A stretch of DNA of 64,000 nucleotides. Origin: Syntrophales bacterium. Its GTDB lineage: Bacteria > Desulfobacterota > Syntrophia > Syntrophales > UBA8958. The translations under genes and the position numbers were made by a program. The notes below the pieces were generated by a model, which searched no databases, had not been told where the DNA came from, and saw only the letters and a program-made list of their open reading frames with translations. Position 1 is the stretch's first letter. Each line of letters starts with the position of its first letter. The stretch lies in the NCBI GenBank assembly GCA_035448805.1, contig DAOTJR010000004.1, positions 35,848 through 99,847 of the forward strand. The letters run 5' to 3'. Positions 57,161-64,000 of this stretch are shown piece by piece.

Positions 57161-57373
57161 CATTGATCTGCAACGGTTTATCATTAGCGGGGCCGCTGCG
57201 GGCACGGTGGAGCGCGTCCCGCCGTTTTCATCCTGCTTGGTGACGGCGTCCCGTCATGAGGGTTTCATTCGCAGACGTTTCCCGTAAATTTTCATGTCCG
57301 GGCGGTACCCGGTCACGATGCAAATCTCCTGGTCGAGCCGTCTATGTGAGGTACAAGATGAACCCGTAAAACG

Positions 57374-58753
57374 TCATCTCCCGCCCTCACCCGGGGCTGC
57401 TTTTACCAGCACCGCCCCGAAGAAGCCGTCGGTGCCGTGGCGATGGGGCAGGGTGCGGAAATATCCCCGCTCATCGACAAGGTCCGCCGCCATATCTTCC
57501 GGAACCGCGAGGCGGAATTCCGGCCGGCGGGCGAGAAACGCGGCGACGACCGTCTCGTTCTCCTCCGGCATGATGCTGCAGGTGCTGTATATGAGGCGCC
57601 CGCCCGGCTTTACGTAGTCTCCGGCCCGGTCCAGGAGGCGTTGCTGCCGGGTGGTGTGTCTTGGCAACTGCCCGGGTGTGAGGCGCCACTTGATCTCGGG
57701 ACACCGCCGCAGCGTTCCCAGCCCCGAGCAGGGGACATCCACGAGGACCCGGTCGCAGGATGCCGCCGCCACCCCCGCCAGGGGCCGGGTGGCATCCGCG
57801 GCGACGGCGGTGATGATGGTGATGCCCAGGCGGTCCGCAAGTTTTGCCATCTCCTTTATTTTGCCGGCCCGCAACTCCACGGCGATGATCCGGCCCCGGT
57901 TGTCCATGAGTTCCGCCATCTGGGTCGCCTTCCCGCCGATGCCGGCGCAAAGATCCAGGACCGTGTCGCCGGCGGCGGGATTGACCAGCCGGGCGACGAG
58001 CTGCGAAGCCTCGTCCTGAATCTGGATGCTTCCCCGCCGGTAGGGGACGGTATCCCGAAGGCGTTTCCCGGCGGTCCGGACCACTAGACCCGCCTCGGAA
58101 TATCCGGTTTTTTCCGCCGTGATCCCCTCCCGGGCCAGTTCCTCTATAACCTTTTCCCGGGTGGTTTGCAACCGGTTTACCCGCAGGACCGGGGCCGGGA
58201 TGGTGTTGTTGGCTTGGCAGAGGGCCAGGGTTTCCTCGGGACCCCATTGCCGGAGCCAGCGTGCGATGAGCCAGGGGGGGTGGGAGTGGACGACGGCCAG
58301 ATAAGAAGGCAGATCGTCCTGAGGCCCCGGATAGGGCAGGTCGTCCCGATGGCGCAGGACGTTTCTGAGCAGGGCGTTGACCAGCCCGTCCCGTCCGGGG
58401 CAGAGGGTTTTGGCCAGCGCCACGGCCTCATGGACGGCCGCCCGGGGCGGTATCCGCTCCGTGTAGAAGACCTGATAGAGGGCGGTGCGGAGGATGTTCC
58501 GGAGGACCGTTGCCCCCGTCGGCAGTTCCTTTTGGAGCATCCGGGTCAGGATCCAGTCCAGGAATCCCCGCATCCGGAGGGTTCCATAAACCAGCTCCGT
58601 GAGCAGCGCCCGGTCCCGGGGGTCGCCGTCCGGCCGGCGGGAAAGACAACGGTCGAGAAGGGGTTCGGCGAAGGCCCCGCCCCTGTCGATGCGGTTCAGG
58701 ATTTCGACGGCGAGCAAACGGGGGTTGAACTGTATCTTGTTGATTTCCATCAT
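57374..58753 (-). CDS. rsmB: 16S rRNA (cytosine967-C5)-methyltransferase RsmB/Sun
   Basis: NusB-like N-terminus (NPRLLAVEILNRIDRGGAFAE). SAM motif VLDLCAGIGGKATQ, catalytic DVPCSGLGTLRR, and IYSTCS. Confidence 0.9.
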   Translation of the reverse strand: MMEINKIQFNPRLLAVEILNRIDRGGAFAEPLLDRCLSRRPDGDPRDRALLTELVYGTLRMRGFLDWILTRMLQKELPTGATVLRNILRTALYQVFYTERIPPRAAVHEAVALAKTLCPGRDGLVNALLRNVLRHRDDLPYPGPQDDLPSYLAVVHSHPPWLIARWLRQWGPEETLALCQANNTIPAPVLRVNRLQTTREKVIEELAREGITAEKTGYSEAGLVVRTAGKRLRDTVPYRRGSIQIQDEASQLVARLVNPAAGDTVLDLCAGIGGKATQMAELMDNRGRIIAVELRAGKIKEMAKLADRLGITIITAVAADATRPLAGVAAASCDRVLVDVPCSGLGTLRRCPEIKWRLTPGQLPRHTTRQQRLLDRAGDYVKPGGRLIYSTCSIMPEENETVVAAFLARRPEFRLAVPEDMAADLVDERGYFRTLPHRHGTDGFFGAVLVKAAPGEGGR

Positions 58754-58924
58754 CCTTTGTCACAACCGGGCAGTCGCCGGGCTACGCTGCCGGGGCGGGG
58801 TCGCCGGGAAGCGTCACCGCCCCGGCAGCAGACCGGTTCCGGTCGCCGGGCGGTAGGCGCCGCCCTCGCCGCGGCGCCCCGGGACGGTGGTCGCCCCCGG
58901 GCGGGTGAAGCTCCCGGATGGTCT

Positions 58925-59863
58925 TCAGCGACAGCGGGCCGGGGCGGAGAACCGATAGCCGCGCAGGAAGTCGTGGATGGCCATGCGGTTCTTACCCTCC
59001 AGTTGCACGTCCTGGAGATACACGCGGCCGTTGCCCGCGGCCACGGGGAGGCCCTGCGGCGTCACCGCGCCTATGGTTCCCGGTTCCTCCCCCGCTGTCC
59101 CCGGTTCTCCCACGGCGAGAAAGATCTTCAGGATCTTTCCGTTCCAAGAGGTATAGGCCCCGGGTTTCGAGGAGAGGCCGCGGATCAGATTCACGATGGC
59201 GCCGGCGTCTTGCTTCCAGTCGATGCGGCCGTCCTCTTTCTTCAGCCGGGGGGCGTAAGTCGCCGCCTCGTGTCGTTGGGGCGTCCGGGTCGCCGCTCCC
59301 GCCGCCACCTGGGCGACGGCTTCCCGGAGCAGCTCCGCCCCCAGCACGGCCAGACGGTCGTGGAGAAGATCCCAGGTTTCACCCGCCGCGATCGGTACCT
59401 CGCGCTGCAGGAGGATGTCGCCGGTATCGACGCCGGCGTCCATCATCATGATCGTCACGCCGGTGGTCTTTTCCCCCCGGATCAGGGTCCAGTTGATGGG
59501 GGCGGCCCCCCGGTATTTGGGGAGCAGGGAGGGGTGGACGTTCAGACAGCCCAGCGGCGGGCGTGCGAGGATTTCCGGCGGCAGGATCTGGCCGAAGGCG
59601 GCCACGGCCACCAGGTCCGGGTTGAGCCCCCGGAAAAGCTGGAGAAATGATTCGTCGCGGACCCGCTCGGGCTGCAGAACCAGCAGGCCGTAGCTTGCCG
59701 CCAGTTCCTTAACCGGTGGTGATTGCAGGCGTTTTCCTCTACCCTGGGGTTTGTCGGGTTGCGTGACCACGCCGACGATGGGGTAGCCGGCCTCGACCAG
59801 CGACTTGAGGGACGGAACGGCAAATTCCGGGGTCCCCATAAAAAGCAAACGGGGCTTGGACAT
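58925..59863 (-). CDS. fmt: Methionyl-tRNA formyltransferase
   Basis: Blocks: RLLFMGTPEFAVPSL, TQPDKPQGRGK, NVHPSLLPKYRGAAPI. 312 aa. Confidence 0.93.
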   Translation of the reverse strand: MSKPRLLFMGTPEFAVPSLKSLVEAGYPIVGVVTQPDKPQGRGKRLQSPPVKELAASYGLLVLQPERVRDESFLQLFRGLNPDLVAVAAFGQILPPEILARPPLGCLNVHPSLLPKYRGAAPINWTLIRGEKTTGVTIMMMDAGVDTGDILLQREVPIAAGETWDLLHDRLAVLGAELLREAVAQVAAGAATRTPQRHEAATYAPRLKKEDGRIDWKQDAGAIVNLIRGLSSKPGAYTSWNGKILKIFLAVGEPGTAGEEPGTIGAVTPQGLPVAAGNGRVYLQDVQLEGKNRMAIHDFLRGYRFSAPARCR

Positions 59864-59935
59864 GGTCGGTACACCTCCTTTTATACCAGCATTATAGAAA
59901 ATCCCCGGAAAGGGAAAGCAAAATTTTGCGGTCGG

Positions 59936-62140
59936 TTACATGAAATAGACCGGATCGACGTCCGCCTTGATCTGTACCCCCGGGGCACGAAACCGGGACA
60001 GCAGTTCCCGGGCGAGCTCCCGCACCGAGCGGCTGTCTTGCCCCTTCAACAGCAACTGCCAGCGGTAACGACCCCGCAGGCGGGCGATGGGTGCGGGCGC
60101 CGGCCCTGCCAGTGCCGTGGCCGCCCCTTTCCCGCCGGATTTGGTGAGGAGCTCCCGGGCCAGGTCGGCGAGGGCATGGGCGGCCCGTTCCCCTTTTTCC
60201 TCGTGAAGACAGGAGATGTTGAACTGGACCAGCCGGGCGAAGGGCGGATAGAGGAGGCTCCGGCGCAGGGCGATCTCCTCTTGGTAGAACCCTTCGTAAT
60301 CGTGATCTTTTGCCCGCTGAAGGGCATAGTGGCCGGGATTGAAGGTCTGGATGATCACCTCCCCCGGATACTCGCCCCGGCCGCCCCGCCCGGATACCTG
60401 GGTGAGGAGTTGAAACGTCCGTTCGGAGGCGCGAAAATCGGGCAGATTGAGAGATGTGTCCGCCAGGACGACGCCCACGAGGGTGACGTGGGGGAAATCG
60501 TGTCCTTTTGAAATCATCTGGGTGCCCACGAGGATGTCGATCTCGTCCCGGCCGAGGGCGTGGAGGAGCTCTTCGTATGCCCCGGGCCTTTCCATCGTGT
60601 CGCTGTCCATGCGCCGGACCCGGGCGGCGGGGAAACGGGTCCGGATTTCGTCTTCCAGCCGTTCCGTACCCACGCCGTAGGTGCCGATCCGCGGGCTTCG
60701 GCAGTGGGAACAGACGGATTGTCCGGCGAGTGAATAATCGCAATAGTGGCATTTCCAGACATTGTCACCGGCGTGGTGTATAAGGGATACCTCGCAATTA
60801 CGACATCTTATGGGATGCCCGCAATCGCGGCAGACCAGGAAGGTATGATAACCCCGCCGGTTGAGGAGCAGGAGGGCCTGCCGCTTCCGGCTCAGAGTCG
60901 CGGCGAGGGCCTCCTGGAGCCGCCGGGACAGGAAGGTCGCCGCCCCCTCCTCCCGGAGGGCCCGTTCCATTTTCATGTCCACGATCTCCACGGCGGGCAG
61001 CGGCCGGTCGGCGATGCGTTGCGGCATGGTCAGCCGGTCAACCTTGCCGTTGCCGGTATTGAAGTAGGTCTGGACCGCCGGCGTGGCCGAACCGAGGAGC
61101 ACCGTCGCCCCCGCCAGGCGTCCTCTGACGATGGCCATATCCCGGGCGTGGTAGGGAAGGCGTTCGTCCTGCTTGTAGGAGGGGTCGTGTTCCTCGTCCA
61201 CGACGATCAGTTTCAAGTTGCGGACCGGGGCGAAGAGGGCGGAGCGGGCCCCCACGGCGATCCGCAGTTTTCCTGTCCCCAGGAGCCGCCACTGATCATG
61301 CCGGACGGCCCGGGAGACCCCGCTGTGGAGAACGGCGATTTCGGCGCCGCCGAATCTTTCCCGGACCCGGGAGATGAGCTGGGGGGTCAGGGAGATTTCC
61401 GGGACCAGATAGATCGCCCCGCCGCCGAGGCGGCGGACTTCTTCCATGGCCCGGAGATATACCTCCGTTTTCCCGCTTCCCGTGACGCCGTGGAGGAGGA
61501 AGGTTTTCGGTCGCCCGGCATGGAGTGTCGCTACGATCTCCCGGAGGGCAGCCTCCTGTCCGGGGCTGGGTTGGGGAATCTCCGGCCTCGTCCCCCCTTC
61601 CCGGCCCAGTGGCAGGGAGCGGAAGATTTCCCGGTCCGTGACCTCCACCAGGCCCTTTTTCACCAGGGCGTCCAGGACGGACCGGATGTCGCCCAACCGC
61701 CGGGTCAGCTCGGCCCGGGAGACCCCGGACTCCCGGCGGACGGCAGCGAGGGCGAGACGCTGTCGTTCCGTCAGCGTCGTCACGGCCGTGGTTGGGCATG
61801 CCGTCAGTATCTTTTCCGTTTTGGTCCGGACATTTCCTCCCCCCGGCAGGATTTCCTGAAGGGCCTTGCCCAGAGGATAGAGATAATAATCGGCCACCCA
61901 ACGATAAAAGTCGAGTTCCCGAAGGCCGAACAACGGTTCCGGATCAACGATATCGATAATATCTTTGGGGTTTTCCACTTCCGCCGTTGCCGAGACGGCG
62001 ATGACGTAGCCGGTCTGCACCTTGTTGCCGAACGGCGCCCGGACCCGCTTCCCCACGGCGACGGCGGTTGTTTGCGCGGCGGGAACCCCGTAGTCGAAGG
62101 TTTGCTCGGTGGGGATGGGAAAGGCGACTTTCACGAACAT
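59936..62140 (-). CDS. priA: Primosomal replication-restart helicase PriA
   Basis: MFVKVAFPIPTEQTFDYGVP, Walker A in LLHGVTGSGKTEVY, DEEH, and the Cys-rich Zn-binding insert (CRDCGHPIRCRNCEVSLIHH...CHYCDY...CSHC). ATG 62140 is preferred over the ORF-track 62338. Confidence 0.92.
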   Translation of the reverse strand: MFVKVAFPIPTEQTFDYGVPAAQTTAVAVGKRVRAPFGNKVQTGYVIAVSATAEVENPKDIIDIVDPEPLFGLRELDFYRWVADYYLYPLGKALQEILPGGGNVRTKTEKILTACPTTAVTTLTERQRLALAAVRRESGVSRAELTRRLGDIRSVLDALVKKGLVEVTDREIFRSLPLGREGGTRPEIPQPSPGQEAALREIVATLHAGRPKTFLLHGVTGSGKTEVYLRAMEEVRRLGGGAIYLVPEISLTPQLISRVRERFGGAEIAVLHSGVSRAVRHDQWRLLGTGKLRIAVGARSALFAPVRNLKLIVVDEEHDPSYKQDERLPYHARDMAIVRGRLAGATVLLGSATPAVQTYFNTGNGKVDRLTMPQRIADRPLPAVEIVDMKMERALREEGAATFLSRRLQEALAATLSRKRQALLLLNRRGYHTFLVCRDCGHPIRCRNCEVSLIHHAGDNVWKCHYCDYSLAGQSVCSHCRSPRIGTYGVGTERLEDEIRTRFPAARVRRMDSDTMERPGAYEELLHALGRDEIDILVGTQMISKGHDFPHVTLVGVVLADTSLNLPDFRASERTFQLLTQVSGRGGRGEYPGEVIIQTFNPGHYALQRAKDHDYEGFYQEEIALRRSLLYPPFARLVQFNISCLHEEKGERAAHALADLARELLTKSGGKGAATALAGPAPAPIARLRGRYRWQLLLKGQDSRSVRELARELLSRFRAPGVQIKADVDPVYFM

Positions 62141-62541
62141 GATTAAATCCCCGGGCCGGCCGCCGGTGAAGGGGGAACGTGACGGCCTACCGTGGCCGCC
62201 GTCGGTACGGACGGCGAAGAACGACGATGAAGACCGGCGGCGGTCAGGAGCATCGCCGGGCCGTGACCTTCTTCCCGGATGCTTCTTTCCGGATTCCCGG
62301 TACCTGGATCCCTGTCCACAGCCATGGGCAGCTCGCAAATCCTTCCTGTCGGAGGACGATGCTGGCGGGTGTCCACGGGCAGGAAAATTTATGTGAAAAT
62401 GTCGGCAAGAGTGCGAATATTTTTACCTTTTGTTTTACGCCCGCCCGGGACTGGGGGGGTTGACGGCAACGCGGGGACCCGACAGGGCCCGGAAACAATG
62501 CCTCGGCCGCGGCGGGGACGATAATGAGGGAAGGAAGGGGT

Positions 62542-62910
62542 CTATTCGCCCTTCATCTTTTCAAGTTTTTCCTGCTTGGTCTTGCAGTCGATGCACAGGG
62601 TGGTTACCGGCCTGGCGATCAGTCTCTTTTCGGAGATATCGCAGCCGCAGGAGGTGCAGATCCCGTATCCGCCTTCGTCTATCCGCTGGATGGCCTCCCG
62701 CATCTTGGCGATCAGTTTCCTTTCCCGATCCCGGATGCGCAACTCGAAGTTGCGGTCCGATTCCAGGGACGCCCGGTCGTTGGGATCGGGATAGTTTTCC
62801 TTGCCGGTCGTCATTTCCGAGACGGTCTTCTCTGCGTCCGACAGCAGCTCGCTGATCTTTTGATTCAACATGAAGCGGAAAAACTGCAGCTTATCAGGCG
62901 TCAACGGCAT
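62542..62910 (-). CDS. DksA/TraR-family C4 zinc-finger protein
   Basis: Coiled-coil region with DPNDRASLESDRNFELRIRDRERKLI, and a zinc finger CTSCGCDISEKRLIARPVTTLCIDC. ATG 62910 follows AGGTGA. The ORF-track TTG 62940 is an alternative start. Confidence 0.8.
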   Translation of the reverse strand: MPLTPDKLQFFRFMLNQKISELLSDAEKTVSEMTTGKENYPDPNDRASLESDRNFELRIRDRERKLIAKMREAIQRIDEGGYGICTSCGCDISEKRLIARPVTTLCIDCKTKQEKLEKMKGE

Positions 62911-63141
62911 CACATCACCTAATCTGTCGTAATCGATCAAAATTCACGCGCCCGCAGCCGGGCTCGACGAAAGATAAAACATCCGCTTAGTTGCGGACGA
63001 TTTCATGTCCACGCATTCGGGTCAGAGGACATACACGATCCCAGGGTGTTTGTAAAGAAAAAATTTCAGGCGGAAGACGGGGACGGGAAAGGGAACCGGA
63101 ATCGCGGCGGGGAAACAGGTGGCTCGCCGCGGATGGTTCTT

Positions 63142-64000
63142 TCAGGCCGGTCCCGGCGGGGGAGCAGCGGCTTTGTTCCCGGTGATCTTCCGTATTTCCT
63201 CGTAGAGAGGTTTGAGACGCCGGTACATCTGGAGGTAAACCCGGCGGTAGAGCTGTTCGTAGATCTCCCGGCAGCGGGGATCCGGTTCGAAGACCCGCCC
63301 CAGGCGTGTCATGGCGGCGATGGCGCTCTCGAAATCGGGATGCAGTTTCAGTCCCACCGCGGCGTCGATGGCGGCGCCCAGTCCGGAGGCCTCGTAAACA
63401 TGGGGCCGGGCGGCGGGCAGGCCGAAGATGTCCGCCGTCAACTGCAGGGCGGCGTCGCTCTGGGAGCCGCCGCCGGCGACCCGCAGTTCCGTGATCGGAA
63501 CGCCGCTACTTCTTTCCGAGCGCTCCTTCCCCTCCCGCAGGGCATAGGCCAGACCCTCCAGAATGGCCCGGTAGAGATGGGCCCGATTGTGGACATCGCT
63601 GAAGCCGATGACGGCCCCCCGGGCTTCCGGCCCGGGGATCTTCACCCCGGGTGACCAGTAGGGCTGGAGGATCAGGCCCGCCGACCCCGGGGGGACCTCC
63701 CGGACGAGATCATCGAAAAGGGCTTCGGGATCCACACCCCGCTCCCGGGCGATCTTTTCCTCATGCCGGGCGAACTCCCGCTTGAACCAGCTTACCAGCC
63801 AGTAACCCCGGTAGATCATGATTTCCAGACTATAGGCCCCGGGGACGGCGGCGGGGTAGGGGGGGATCAGCGGGACGGCCTCCAGGTAGCGCCGGTGGGT
63901 GGTGTTGATGGTGGCGGTCGTGCCGTAACTCAAACAGCCGATATGGGGGGCGAGACATCCGGCGCCGATAACCTCGCAGGCCTTGTCCGCCGCCGCGGCG
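63142..64000 (-). CDS. FGGY-family carbohydrate kinase, C-terminal part (5' end outside the window)
   Basis: The ORF is open to the window edge. Blocks: GLILQPYWSP, HLYRAILEGLAYALRE, and LRVAGGGSQSDAALQLTADIFGLP are FGGY C-domain blocks (xylulokinase/glycerol-kinase-like). Confidence 0.8.
   Translation of the reverse strand, partial: AAAADKACEVIGAGCLAPHIGCLSYGTTATINTTHRRYLEAVPLIPPYPAAVPGAYSLEIMIYRGYWLVSWFKREFARHEEKIARERGVDPEALFDDLVREVPPGSAGLILQPYWSPGVKIPGPEARGAVIGFSDVHNRAHLYRAILEGLAYALREGKERSERSSGVPITELRVAGGGSQSDAALQLTADIFGLPAARPHVYEASGLGAAIDAAVGLKLHPDFESAIAAMTRLGRVFEPDPRCREIYEQLYRRVYLQMYRRLKPLYEEIRKITGNKAAAPPPGPA

Noticed and set aside
62141-62541. 400-nt dksA-type to priA spacer as a possible hidden gene
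   Set aside because: Only Arg/Pro/Gly-rich junk ORFs are present on either strand (62143-62376, 62244-62498). I saw no Shine-Dalgarno-linked start and no clear terminator. I retained only the partial copy of the repeat 3' module, noted in the findings.

Overview
This is an origin-proximal chromosomal segment of a visibly GC-rich, Gram-negative, anaerobe-type genome; gene content looks deltaproteobacterial (Desulfobacterota-like), which is an inference. About 60 protein genes are supportable.

Gene content, in order along the window:
- An LPS block: hldD, kdsB and an acyltransferase.
- The replication/partition core on the + strand: rsmG-parA-parB-dnaA-dnaN-gyrB-gyrA.
- archease-rtcB.
- A minus-strand amtB-glnK-porin operon.
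- Two signalling loci: a REC/HK/REC hybrid kinase and a FIST + PAS kinase pair.
- paaK-ACT, then a cytidylate-kinase-like gene followed by a HAMP-GGDDF cyclase-like gene.
- trkAH.
- A minus-strand LsrF-like aldolase / Zn-ADH / double class-II-aldolase-like operon.
- A flavin-reductase-rubredoxin fusion.
- copZ-copA.
- A feoA-feoB fusion.
- A four-lipoprotein CsgG-like/PEGA-like/DUF4810-like/DUF799-like operon.
- A minus-strand lipoprotein/DUF2939-like/class III cyclase/di-iron-MBL operon.
- dksA-type, priA, fmt and rsmB on the minus strand, then a partial FGGY kinase.

I saw no rRNA, tRNA, CRISPR array, transposase, integrase or phage genes.

The items most worth follow-up are:
- the two uncharacterised envelope/signalling operons at 51.6-57.0 kb;
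- an 81-nt, ~91% identical structured repeat present twice (48.3 kb and 57.1 kb), with a partial third copy at 62.4 kb;
- a 32-nt motif shared by the rtcB and hybrid-kinase 5' regions;
- the LsrF-like sugar-phosphate operon.

Many very long ORFs in the track are antisense shadow ORFs typical of high-GC DNA and were rejected. All family assignments come from reading the translations by eye; no database search was run.
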